DNA of 60,037 nucleotides from a virus (taxonomy: Duplodnaviria > Caudoviricetes). The notes under the pieces were generated by a model. That model saw nothing but the letters and a program-made list of their open reading frames with translations, was not told the DNA's origin and made no database searches. Made by a program: the position numbers and the translations under genes. The stretch is from IMG/VR virus record IMGVR_UViG_3300030085_002970, positions 1 through 60,037 of that record; one strand, 5' to 3'. Below are positions 30,901 through 38,319 of the stretch, piece by piece (position 1 is the stretch's first letter; every line of letters begins with the position of its first letter).

Positions 30901-32094
30901 TATTCTACTACCAGTTATTTCTTGTGCTTGCGCTTTTTTAGGAACATTGTCATAATTTCTTAACAATTGGTTTTCAGGTAAAGCAGCGTGAATATTTTCT
31001 GCTGTAATTCTATATCTACCTTTATGCCCAACAATGTAACTTGCAGTTCCGCTTACAGGATCTAATTCTATATCAAAAATATTAAGTTTACCTTGAGTGT
31101 TTAAATAACCACCTTCAGCATGTCCATAAAGAGACCACTCTGCGTCTGTTTTTTTAACACTAACTATAGAATAAACTACAGAAGAGTTTTCTTGCATATA
31201 AAGTAAATCTACTTGAACAACATCTTTTGGTATATCGTATGGAACAAAATTACAAAGCTCTATAGACTCTATACAATTAACCATTATTAAATTGTAAGGA
31301 TCTTTAAAAGAGTAAGCGTTTAAATTATTTAAATCATCAAAATACTTAGAATTAAAAATAACATCTGTAAAAGGACTTATAGCAGAATACTCGCCGTCAA
31401 CATATTTATATCTACAAGCAAATCTAGGAAATATTTTTTCAAATAACGGATCAACATTTTTTAAAAGTCCTGTAGAACTGTCTTCTTCAAGACTAGTATT
31501 TACTCTTACATCAGGAGCTTTATTAGGTTTTCTCTTTATAACAGTTATGTTTTCTTCTTCACACTTACCTAAACTTACTCCATTTACAATCAGCTGTGTT
31601 TGACCACCACCAGCTGACCCTTCTATAGATCTAGATATACTTATTTTTTTTGGCTCACCACTACCATCTGTCCAAAATAAAAAATCATCTATTATATTTA
31701 TACCAGTAATTAATTTATTTGGAAACTTTAATACGTCAAAATCTGTATCTTGAAAAACAATAGTAGAAGAGTTTGTGTTTTGATCGTATTCAATTATTTT
31801 ATCAAAATTATTACCAGCAACTAAAGGATTTTGTTTTACAAACCAATATAGTTTATTTTTAGCTTCATCCGCAATACTTCCAACACATAGATGACCATTA
31901 GAGATTACTGACTCAACAGATTTATTACCTAAAATAGCAGACAAACTTCCTTCTCCAGCTGTAAATGTAGAGCCAGAAAACTTACTAGCCATCTGCATAT
32001 TTAAAGCGTGTAGATATTGTCCTTTAGGAACTAACTTTTCATCAAAGTCTTTATTCATTCGACCTTGAGTAAAATTATTTTTAATTTCTGGCAT
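22000..32094 (-). CDS. Tail stabilization/nozzle (muzzle-like) protein, 3364 aa, with large insertions
   Basis: N-terminal MPEIKNNFTQGRMNKDFDEKLVP; SLKSQRDYQVGVVFGDKYGRETPV; LIYSGIYNSNSGINNLNQF; GWVSFKSFIPE. Confidence 0.7.
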   Translation of the reverse strand: MPEIKNNFTQGRMNKDFDEKLVPKGQYLHALNMQMASKFSGSTFTAGEGSLSAILGNKSVESVISNGHLCVGSIADEAKNKLYWFVKQNPLVAGNNFDKIIEYDQNTNSSTIVFQDTDFDVLKFPNKLITGINIIDDFLFWTDGSGEPKKISISRSIEGSAGGGQTQLIVNGVSLGKCEEENITVIKRKPNKAPDVRVNTSLEEDSSTGLLKNVDPLFEKIFPRFACRYKYVDGEYSAISPFTDVIFNSKYFDDLNNLNAYSFKDPYNLIMVNCIESIELCNFVPYDIPKDVVQVDLLYMQENSSVVYSIVSVKKTDAEWSLYGHAEGGYLNTQGKLNIFDIELDPVSGTASYIVGHKGRYRITAENIHAALPENQLLRNYDNVPKKAQAQEITGSRIVYANYTQNYDIVDVSNTEFNPTVSSTYSLRNNNPTETFSHGGLRSLKSQRDYQVGVVFGDKYGRETPVFTSSQASLYIPWTSPFGSGLNASESLIIQSRITSQAPVWADYYKFFIKQTSGEYYNLVMDKAYSPPTHIDFENEDDHIWISFPSTDRSKISVDDYIILKKILGTASASQVPFENKYKVVDIKNEVPDSISYHYKNLGTAINAGDIFTDDTATFNGGLELLFPNASRRMDRADGNDLIVISAERWTGTDDPLTGGPTTGNYNNAPLTVASAFEEGSNPTEEFKDLYVTWSVNGQSSTRYRINSIKLVEDTNHYQLKLSEAISQTDAELCLPAGTAYTPGAAHATLHQDLIFQIQRKERRDAENFSGKFFVKIHGDNIIRQNIFEDQQATAASSYVTGSFECFRFMDVVSNNYFHQGQVTGLSGQINSNSNSSSVTGNTTTAGIVPSDIANHSGENITQTLSDWEAILAANNNEGFFFLDQMGMVASNPSSQSFAKESGQGWAGAWNSSSYSKQIWAPIGYVSWDNPNSFMELDWGPAYEDQGLNVFGVGSQSVSGQYGGYTGEIRLTVDNVGTVNYGNFPTGSFGVPTPYASSNINSLEGAITTTLVHTADPQVNISGDGARRWKDNSLYNNNLDTTYGPVGSTGKHFIHVSFLAPGEDLHDGAGLNGTYGNNTAPSIMYFRGKTDSFPSRMQGIHGGGWFTNAGTNGQIDSGDVFGDSNDGIICFEGNWADQGSRGPVPGNVEMMGWWEEPSVAPSGQGYDSAFANRHINQWDPTKTTSATANAKAQVFIDNIINNIGGKFRFQGDTEEYQILSISEKHIYNHTPWRKRIVPTDIQTGWASDNISVEEAALNWANTHGDADLITGVNTTYAFLPFPTGATGTKGGQWNPLFANNFGGLTSTIGWAFPFENYGRTPFIWPMEFGYAPTNNAEFDTLCDKIVEFGRASNRRTCYIIELDKDITSTGNHGAFGSAGFDINDFMNIEVVSANSQIVTGEIVKNPAIWETEPREQTELNIYHEASEEIPLELTMENIERFAPIGSRVEFPNMVYSNIQNFDVHVNQILYSSSPSHLIQVRSGNLITNSNGIDVHPDEGFNWFDNTGNLIDYVGEEIRFYRDDGTYTSAIVKAAEDYFHGSPADILYWSGASTNLNNGQGYRVIFQLEKSGHHNLDQSLDHTNAFTFGDGVETSRIRDGFNEMKITNGPKASATLETPYEEEERKHGLIYSGIYNSNSGINNLNQFIAAEKITKDVNPTYGSITKLFSRKADLVTLCEDKILKILANKDAVFNADGNPQLVASENVLGQAIPFVGDYGCQDASSFAYDSFRSYFVDKQRGAVLRLSMDGLTPISDAGMSTYFKGILNQANFILGTYDNNEEEYNVTWEYDSPYSGSFNFLFNSYLDYGVDLYTTSVPDPIQEDGGVYNGSYFYYDVNGGLAESVSNFESQVIIRNWPSIDQGYINPGQVAQPAQPLTPAVYTEGLFDVYSADFSAYNLNSEPEPGYVTGTVGGDQASLFVTGIGDGNTIATATREIAFGCNDGMDYAGIDNGSGTALVGDVINAANGDFIPWPINAGVLSAWPGDSYYGTYSATNTTTGGSYRGVEYTHSYHTFGFAPYFSFFSINHIGDLPVIAQDFGNVPAAMTGLNVGSQTDNKPGIIFQGLRGESDDGAPDKGRITFNFANQNLTSPNATPGNLRDIDSNVQPAVNTWGPGNPQNNTTNVYEPSAGLGFGNPTTAFNSTLWAGDVIKIEFRTSFHVRPGYTESDGGATWFIELVDENDDVISTNPVMPTSGTNFLNGDYDTLIDAQNGNALLYWASQSYDATIGPPNGPNHHAGFVTSNSYTFGRVSGHDLNNWNTLQQTHTIYFNFAETIQETMIAQSFRVRIGCEASGSNSYINAQYTNSPDNIILEKIIIKKLKTLAHPYMEQTPALPQIDPYPLNDIPAWAEVIPNGVLGWNFDFSQNFNTVPNSNFGNTFVQQDTSINPYYPHNQIYGNFNEGEWIVGQDPNGTNVYLYVGEGNGTTAYNQYPVTPGNYNLTIQNPFGGALHPANYPIDSNGISNLTGCNFKMDNLVTGTKYIDQVNSFNWVAGDWYEVVIEVDNSHLYQDLSAVSGVQEGIVVCGVIDHSAGSFINTFAGAATVTRQFGGVFTSGQDLASNVGNGSGGYIPPFYYGDLWAPSSSPALPQGSITAIASPTPEDTLYSATGWANPTHYRAIFQVGANSCVMGVPDNNGISFANQLKLAVFSSSGTNPFEINVTDIKINNISNANYFNGGGNADNWYTNPSNYDQTLNPLHVNWLTEVSNDYHPYPAFYKDNALCFNVDNINIYPGFGPQTQFRPEWKQEFNSANNSNIAPQNPSMDGYTLTFDVEALPLPIGDINPSSSVLSTSIGTKLELTIANNLGDYAAGEHAGIVFSDFVDASGTYSISFNFDDSTPSGTFNGTALPGVNVFDSLHGAGRESDASITNMIRFKCLNSDLKCIIKNIILQDNTIGFGGGTAGAWSLVNGLFDYSQGQDYIYWDSGQEAIVFNEAPAGQVSSLNPNGHPFQITQYIGDIQEFTNPTGNIYYRFSMDINLTGVQFDDGNTPAATGVEQFMMEVYYYNQNGDGFTVYPTPTYTISNGTLNFDIYPSSQSITPNVNYGNIFGIGNPSPTGSAGNSLYLAPALQNTIVINLYGIAGYNFASPILTPYQNAGIGDGALISGTLDNITFYQLPTQNAEGVTVSYKEKTKGWVSFKSFIPESGLSLGSNYYTIKEGKLYEHHDILSDINNFYGQAYNSFVDVVFNDMPSVTKEFMSINYQGSQAKNDFSSDNLIGLNPENFLSNDDYFLETEREGWAVANISSDLEQGNVLNFIKKESLWLSEIRGQDVYAVPYLYEDYSAGENSSFGLGVVEEAVDTNAPQPNVAPAAASLPLPNQPQVQPQVVNLVQPNNFNVNQNVQTPTPSPTPPPTSGGTGGGGGY

Positions 32095-32097
32095 ACC

Positions 32098-33792
32098 TTA
32101 GTGTTTTATCCACTTAGACTTACCTCTAAGTATTTGAGTTATTTCTTCTAATTTAATATTTGAAAGTCTTAGTTTAGCTTTTCTAACTGCTGCAAATTTT
32201 TCTTTTTTGTACATAGCTAGTTGACCTCTACCAACTCCTCTTAAAGACATCATGACATCATAAAGCATAAACTTATACATGGCATCTTCTGCTAACTTGT
32301 GAACTTGCATTTCAGATTCAGTACCAAGACTATCGCTGATATAATCTAATATTACATTTTTTCCTGAAATATTAGATGAAAAATGTATTTTACCTAATCT
32401 TTCGTCTATATAAAAAGAACCATTAGCTTGAGCATGCTGAGGATCTAAACCATATCTTTCACCTGCAGCTGGATGAAAAGCGGCGTCATCATAATCATAG
32501 TCAGCAGACTCTAATTGACTTAAAGACTTGAAAGCATCCCAAGTAGAAGAATTATTAGAAGAAGAATTACCTTGAGCTGATTGAAGACTTGTTACAGGTA
32601 AAGCATTTTTTACAGTAACATCATCAATAGTATTATTCATTAATAAAGTTTCTGGCCAAGCATCTGTAGCATGAGCTTCCCAAGGAACATAAGAAGTAAT
32701 TAAAACGTATACTTGATCATATTGAGAAACGTTTATCATTTCTAAAGTTTTAACACCAGTTTGACCAGCAGTCCACTCTACGTATGCAGGTGATCCAAGA
32801 TGAGGAATATCAAAAAGATCTGTATGTTGATTTTGAGAATATGGACCAGCAAATACAGCTGGATCAAAAACATCTGGAAAAGTATTTAAATCTCCAGGTG
32901 AAGTGCTAATTCCAAATCTAAGAGTTGTTGCTGGACTAGTGTAAGTTCCTGCCGCTGTAGCTGGAGCGTTACCTTGGGCCGCTGGATATGCAGGTGTAGC
33001 ACCACCAGTTATAGTTATTGGAAATTGTATGTTTGCAGAGTTAATTCCGTCTGCAGCTTTTGAAACACCGTTAGCAGACAAAGTTATAAATTCTAAATCT
33101 GAAACATCGATTAGCTGCCAACAAGCCATTGCTTTACCATGAGGTGATATTTGACCTGTTTGATAAATGTCGTTATCGTGAGAAGAGTGATTAAATGATA
33201 ATACGCCAGCGTCAACAGTTACGTCTGATCCACCTGAGTTACCAGCACCTGTTGCTCCAAAAACAGTAGAGTTAGATGTTATCCAATCATCAGGTTTTAA
33301 TTTACCATTATTTAAACCACTACTTAAGTACGAACTGTCTGCTGTAGAAGATGAAAAGTCGTTGTTTAGCACTAACTCAAAAGACTCTGGAAAATCATAC
33401 GTTCCATCTGCATGCTGTCTTATTTGAAAAGGATTTGAAGTGCCGTTAGTTCTATAAAGAGGATGCTCTATACCAGAACTATCTACCCAAGTTAATCTAG
33501 TATAGTTAACATAATCATGAGGTAGTATCATTTGTAGAGAAGGAGGTATCTCTATTTGTTGTGATTTAACAGATTTAAAAGTATCAAAAGAAAGTTCTGA
33601 TAAAGCTCTTTGAGCATAGTAAGCTACATCTGCTCTTTTATATTTAGATATAATTTTATCTTCACCAATAAACATAACTTGAAAATTAGCGATTATTTCT
33701 TCTAAAGGTATAAATTGATAATTACCGTGATTATTACCGTAGTAGTAATCATATTGCGTTCCTTCAAAATGTCCTATATTTTCAAAAGCCAT
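32098..33792 (-). CDS. Tail ring/adaptor-type structural protein with a central insertion
   Basis: YQFIPLEEII..ELSFDT..LPHDYVNY at the N-terminus; YISDSLG..VHKLAE..AKLRLSNIK..RGKSKWIKH at the C-terminus. Confidence 0.6.
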   Translation of the reverse strand: MAFENIGHFEGTQYDYYYGNNHGNYQFIPLEEIIANFQVMFIGEDKIISKYKRADVAYYAQRALSELSFDTFKSVKSQQIEIPPSLQMILPHDYVNYTRLTWVDSSGIEHPLYRTNGTSNPFQIRQHADGTYDFPESFELVLNNDFSSSTADSSYLSSGLNNGKLKPDDWITSNSTVFGATGAGNSGGSDVTVDAGVLSFNHSSHDNDIYQTGQISPHGKAMACWQLIDVSDLEFITLSANGVSKAADGINSANIQFPITITGGATPAYPAAQGNAPATAAGTYTSPATTLRFGISTSPGDLNTFPDVFDPAVFAGPYSQNQHTDLFDIPHLGSPAYVEWTAGQTGVKTLEMINVSQYDQVYVLITSYVPWEAHATDAWPETLLMNNTIDDVTVKNALPVTSLQSAQGNSSSNNSSTWDAFKSLSQLESADYDYDDAAFHPAAGERYGLDPQHAQANGSFYIDERLGKIHFSSNISGKNVILDYISDSLGTESEMQVHKLAEDAMYKFMLYDVMMSLRGVGRGQLAMYKKEKFAAVRKAKLRLSNIKLEEITQILRGKSKWIKH

Positions 33793-33795
33793 TTA

Positions 33796-34554
33796 TTATA
33801 TTTTTTCTTGTTGAATACTTTTGTTGTCTTGAGCATTAGCTGATTGTGCTACCGCTTGGTTATCTATTGTAACACCTGCCATCATTAATATTTTGTTAAC
33901 TAAATTTGATTCTTCAGAATAATGAAGTTCAAAATCATTATGATCAGCGGCAGCTGGGTTGTAGTAAGGTTTATCTTGATGAACAACATAAGTCCACTTA
34001 GGCTTACTAGGTTTTCTTAACCAGTTAAGTCTAATAAGATCATTATTCATGTCAGGAAAAGGTCTTATTTTTATACGTGGCTGACCTTGGTAATACTTTA
34101 TAAATATAGGTCTATTTTTATTAAAAGAAGCTTTTTTAGAATTACCATAAATCCAATAATCTGTGTCGCCATCTATTTCTTCTGCTAGTATAAAATCAGG
34201 GTTTGTACTAGGGTTATACCTAACTCTTACACCAGTAAGCCTGTAAAAAGTAGAACCTAAACTATTTGTTAAGTTTACGTTTCCAAAGCTGTCTACAAGA
34301 GTTGCGTTTGGAGAATCTGACCACTGCTTAAACATAGCAATTTTATCTTCTATTACATCTCTAGGATCTGCGTGTAAAGTTTCGTTACCAGGTAATCTTC
34401 TAAATTGACCTAGATCAAAAAAATACTGCTCAAATATATCCATCTGAGCTGTTTCGGCAAATAAGTTAAATTCTTTAGGCGTTAAAAAACCTCTTTTTTC
34501 TTTATTGCAAAGTCTTAATACTGTTTGATATACTTTATTTACACTTACTGCCAT
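33796..34554 (-). CDS. Tail ring / head-tail adaptor protein
   Basis: VYQTVL..NKEKRGFLTPKEFN..AQMDIFEQYF; RKPSKPKW; FELHYSEE. Confidence 0.6.
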   Translation of the reverse strand: MAVSVNKVYQTVLRLCNKEKRGFLTPKEFNLFAETAQMDIFEQYFFDLGQFRRLPGNETLHADPRDVIEDKIAMFKQWSDSPNATLVDSFGNVNLTNSLGSTFYRLTGVRVRYNPSTNPDFILAEEIDGDTDYWIYGNSKKASFNKNRPIFIKYYQGQPRIKIRPFPDMNNDLIRLNWLRKPSKPKWTYVVHQDKPYYNPAAADHNDFELHYSEESNLVNKILMMAGVTIDNQAVAQSANAQDNKSIQQEKI

Positions 34555-34574
34555 TGTTATATTTTTTATAGTTT

Positions 34575-34600
34575 AGCAACCACCCCGTAGAGTGGCTGCT
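34575..34600 (-). promoter_or_regulatory. Intergenic RNA hairpin with a cUACGg tetraloop and no U-tract (stabilizer or processing site)
   Basis: Minus strand reads AGCAGCCACTC-TACG-GGGTGGTTGCT (11-bp stem including G-U pairs). Confidence 0.6.
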
Positions 34601-34613
34601 CTACTATATATGG

Positions 34614-35465
34614 TTACGCGTTTAATCGCTTTTCAATGTTGGAGTAAATCTCCATACCTTCGTCGGTTTTAAACCAGTGAGCTAATGCTGTATAAGGATG
34701 TTCGTCAAAAGGAACAGTCATTATTTTTCTATTATTACTTCCCCACATAAAGTTTCTTTGATCTGAAGAAAGTTTAATAATACCTAGCTCTGTAGCTTTA
34801 ATACCAAAGTTTCTAAGCTCTACATTATCGTCACTAACAAGTTCTAAGAACAATTCTGGATTTCTTCTAGCAAATAGTAGTAAATCTCTTTTAAGTTCCT
34901 TAGAACTCATCTCATTAACTCTAGAACCAACCTCAACACGCATAATAGCTTCAGCCATATCAATATCAATACTTCTAGCTATGTCTAACGCTTCTATTTC
35001 CATTTCTAAAATAGCTATTTCATCAGCAGCAATTTTAGCAGGTTGAAACTCTGTGTATCTTTTGTTTAAATCTGGATGATATAAAGATAACAACTTTTGT
35101 AAAACAACCTCTTCTTTTGGAACAAAAAGATTACCACTTCTAAATATAATGTGAGCTAATCTTTGATCACCTTTCATTTCGTCAACAAAACAAGTCTGTT
35201 GATTTTTACAATATTTCAACTCTCTATTAACTTGCTTTTCTTCATCAAACCAATAAATTCCAGAAGATCTTAAACTTCTTGATAAAGGTTTCTTTCCACC
35301 TTTTAAGTTGTAAATTCTGTCTTTAACTTCCCAATGATTTTTCTTTGGCTTAGCTTCAACTTTTGGTTTTTCAATAACTACTTGAGTCATTTCATTAGCA
35401 GCTTCTACTACAGGCGCTACTTCGGCCTTTGGTGCAGCTTTTGCTGCAGTTTGTTTTTTTGCCAT
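34614..35465 (-). CDS. Conserved phage protein downstream of the major capsid gene
   Basis: 283-aa ORF; WEVKDRIY, RELKYCKNQ, VPFDEHPY. Confidence 0.6.
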   Translation of the reverse strand: MAKKQTAAKAAPKAEVAPVVEAANEMTQVVIEKPKVEAKPKKNHWEVKDRIYNLKGGKKPLSRSLRSSGIYWFDEEKQVNRELKYCKNQQTCFVDEMKGDQRLAHIIFRSGNLFVPKEEVVLQKLLSLYHPDLNKRYTEFQPAKIAADEIAILEMEIEALDIARSIDIDMAEAIMRVEVGSRVNEMSSKELKRDLLLFARRNPELFLELVSDDNVELRNFGIKATELGIIKLSSDQRNFMWGSNNRKIMTVPFDEHPYTALAHWFKTDEGMEIYSNIEKRLNA

Positions 35466-35485
35466 AATAATATAAAATAAAAATT

Positions 35486-35516
35486 AAAAAAAAAGATCGG
35501 GGCCGAAGCCCCGACC
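35486..35516 (-). terminator. Intrinsic terminator after the major capsid gene
   Basis: Minus strand reads GGTCGGGGC-TTCG-GCCCCGATC followed by a T run. Confidence 0.88.
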
Positions 35517-35524
35517 TAATATAA

Positions 35525-37099
35525 TTACTTCAATAACATAAAGTTGTTTGCACCTTGAGTGATCAAACATCTTTCTGATAAGAAGTGTAATTGCATTGCA
35601 TCTAAAGCAGATGTTGCAGCTCCAACAGACCCAGTAACCCAAGTCTTCATTCTACGATCGTCAGTTTGTGAAGCACGGTAACGTACGTGTAGGAACGGAC
35701 GTCTGATGCTTTGACCAACTGTTTGATCATATACAGAAGAAGATCCAGCAGGGATAAATACACCACGAATAGCGTTAGATCCTGCAGCAGCATTAATACC
35801 ACCACGAGTAGCTAGATCATTTAAGTAACGGAAGTCAGACTTATAGAAGTCATAAGATCCTCTACGGAAACCAGAGAAACCTAAGTTCAATGCCATATCT
35901 TCAGAGTTATCAAATACTCCATAAGAAGTACCGTTAGCTCCATAAGAGTTCATACCAGCAAGCATATCATCGATAGCTAAAGAAGTATCTCTGTTACAGA
36001 ATAACATGTTTTCTTCAATAGCACCTTGCTTATCAAACTCTGCTAAAATAGCGTCAAACTCAGCTAAGTTAACTGGAGGAGTTGATGATCCAAGAATACC
36101 AGAACTTACATTACCACGAGTTTCAATAGCGTCAAAAAGACCTTGAGTACCAGTAGCTGTTCCAGCAGCTAAATCAAAAGCATCGTCAGTTAAATCAGCA
36201 GCAGGAACGATTGGATGACCATTGTCAGGCGTTGCAGCAGTAACAGCAGCACCACCCATTCTAGCTTCTAGCATTGCCATTTCTAAATAGTCAGTGAATC
36301 GAGCTCTAGTATCAGACTCAGCTTTTAAATACCATAAGTATCCAGATTGTCCAGCTTCAGTAGAAACTTCAATCCAACCAATACGAGATGCATCAGATCC
36401 TGATACCTCGTAGTAATCTTTCATGATAATTGGCTTATTCATAAAAGACTTGAAAGAAGGCTCGTTAGCAGTTCTTTGATCAGTAGCTGTACCGTTATTA
36501 CCAACATCAGCAGAAGTATTATAACTTCTTCCTTTTTGGAACTCAGAACCGTAAACTAAAATAGTTAAAGCTTGAGCTGTTGTTTCAGTAATACCAGCGT
36601 TACTTAAATCTTGAACACCGTAAGGAGCAACTTCAATTAAATCATGAGTACCACCAGTAGTACCTCTAATAGCTTCAGTAACTAGAGCTTTACAAACTCC
36701 ACCAGCTGAAGCAATGATAACTGTATCGTTAACTCTAATACCGTGATCAGTACCAATGTCATTGCCATCAATATCTGTTTCAATTTCAATAATACCACCT
36801 GATACTACACTACCACCAGTAGCATTGCTTACTTTTCCTTTATAAGAAAGGTGTAAACGACCTTGTTCAGACCATACAACTTGATCAGCTGTCATTGCCT
36901 CTTCAGCTCCAACTTGTGATAAAAAACCTGAAATGGTACGAGGACCAAATACTTCAGCTTCTTTCTCCATTAGATCTGGTACATATTGTTGTGCCCAACC
37001 TTGATTTGCGGTTGTAGCTAGGTCTAAATAGTTTGTCGACAAAGCCTGTTGACCTGTTGCCGGTACGCTATTTAGAACACTTCCACCTGTAATTGCCAT
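35525..37099 (-). CDS. Major capsid protein
   Basis: Follows portal and scaffold and precedes a strong terminator; WSEQGRLH, LNLGFSGFRRGSYDFYK, SERCLITQGANNF. Confidence 0.82.
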   Translation of the reverse strand: MAITGGSVLNSVPATGQQALSTNYLDLATTANQGWAQQYVPDLMEKEAEVFGPRTISGFLSQVGAEEAMTADQVVWSEQGRLHLSYKGKVSNATGGSVVSGGIIEIETDIDGNDIGTDHGIRVNDTVIIASAGGVCKALVTEAIRGTTGGTHDLIEVAPYGVQDLSNAGITETTAQALTILVYGSEFQKGRSYNTSADVGNNGTATDQRTANEPSFKSFMNKPIIMKDYYEVSGSDASRIGWIEVSTEAGQSGYLWYLKAESDTRARFTDYLEMAMLEARMGGAAVTAATPDNGHPIVPAADLTDDAFDLAAGTATGTQGLFDAIETRGNVSSGILGSSTPPVNLAEFDAILAEFDKQGAIEENMLFCNRDTSLAIDDMLAGMNSYGANGTSYGVFDNSEDMALNLGFSGFRRGSYDFYKSDFRYLNDLATRGGINAAAGSNAIRGVFIPAGSSSVYDQTVGQSIRRPFLHVRYRASQTDDRRMKTWVTGSVGAATSALDAMQLHFLSERCLITQGANNFMLLK

Positions 37100-37127
37100 A
37101 ATTAATAAATTTTAAGCGTTAAATAAA

Positions 37128-38294
37128 TTATTTTTTGTTTTTAATTTTAAACTTAAAATCTGAAGAATCATTACCTAAAACTCTAACTTTAACACCACCT
37201 GCTTCAAACTGTTTATGGTTTTCTCTAGGATTCATGTTAATGTTTTTAGCTTTGTTGACACTTTCTTTTAAAGCATCAGCTTTACCTTGTTCGTAAAAAT
37301 GCTTAGCTATAGCATCTGCGTTCATAGCCGTGTATAACGACTTGTGATAGCCAGCAGCATCTTCCATTAATCCATCTTTGTTCAAAAACTTTTTGACAAA
37401 ATTATTAATATCAGTTTGTGCTTCTTTTACTTTACCAGCATCTTTAATGTTAAATCTAAATCTCTTGTCTCCAACGTTGTATTCAAAACCTTTGAATTTG
37501 TTGTTAAAAACATTATCTGTTTTTTTAAGAAATGCAGATTTTTCTTTTTCAAACTTTAGTTTAGTCTCTTCAGACTCCTTGTTATATCGATTAAAAAAGT
37601 CCCAAGCTTTCTGCTGTTCAGGCGTTAAGCGTGATCCTGCTTTAATCTCATTATAATATTTAGACTTTCGCCCGTCTAAGTAGGCTTTAGCCTCGGCAAC
37701 TTGCTCTTTTAAGGCTATTTTCTTTCTTCTAATATCTTTATCTTCATCTACTTCTTCGTCATAAGAAAAACGTTCTTGCATTAAAAAGTTTATTTCTTCA
37801 AAGTTTAGATGAGGTTTAGTTTGTTTATAATACTCTCTTAATAAAGAAATATTATCTAACTTACTATAATCTTGATTTAGTTTTACAAAATCTTCTAAAT
37901 CTCCACCAGTTTCTTCCATAAAGTCAACTAACTTCTGAATATTCTCTGGTAGCGGTTTTCCAGTAGCTTCAGCTTCAGCAACAGCCTCTTCAACTTCTTC
38001 AGCTAGCTCTTCAACTTTTTCTTCAACTTCTTCACTAGTTATTTCTTCAACTATAGGTTGCTCTTGTGTTTCAGCTTCCTGCTGTACTTCTTCTTGTTCC
38101 TGTGCGGGCTCGGCACTTTCATCGCTTCCAACCACTCCTGAGTCGTCAGCTTCGCTTGTTGAAGTTTCTTCTGTTTCTTCTGGTTTAACATCTTCTTGTG
38201 TTTCTACTGGTTTATTCATGTCTACTTTAATCACGTTAGGATCATCAGCAGATTTAAATTTCGTTTCTTCAACGTTTTCTAATTCTTGTTCCAT
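37128..38294 (-). CDS. Capsid scaffolding protein (putative)
   Basis: Very acidic N-terminus, helical body, HFYEQGKADA; lies between portal and capsid genes. Confidence 0.65.
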   Translation of the reverse strand: MEQELENVEETKFKSADDPNVIKVDMNKPVETQEDVKPEETEETSTSEADDSGVVGSDESAEPAQEQEEVQQEAETQEQPIVEEITSEEVEEKVEELAEEVEEAVAEAEATGKPLPENIQKLVDFMEETGGDLEDFVKLNQDYSKLDNISLLREYYKQTKPHLNFEEINFLMQERFSYDEEVDEDKDIRRKKIALKEQVAEAKAYLDGRKSKYYNEIKAGSRLTPEQQKAWDFFNRYNKESEETKLKFEKEKSAFLKKTDNVFNNKFKGFEYNVGDKRFRFNIKDAGKVKEAQTDINNFVKKFLNKDGLMEDAAGYHKSLYTAMNADAIAKHFYEQGKADALKESVNKAKNINMNPRENHKQFEAGGVKVRVLGNDSSDFKFKIKNKK

Positions 38295-38319
38295 AATATA
38301 AAATATAAAAAATTAAGTA

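Noticed and set aside
10244-32094. Virion RNA polymerase as in crAss-like or N4 phages
   Set aside because: I found no DxDxD catalytic motif in polymerase context. DFDET belongs to a HAD motif set, and the 3364-aa protein has tail-protein motifs. A very divergent polymerase cannot be excluded without a profile search.
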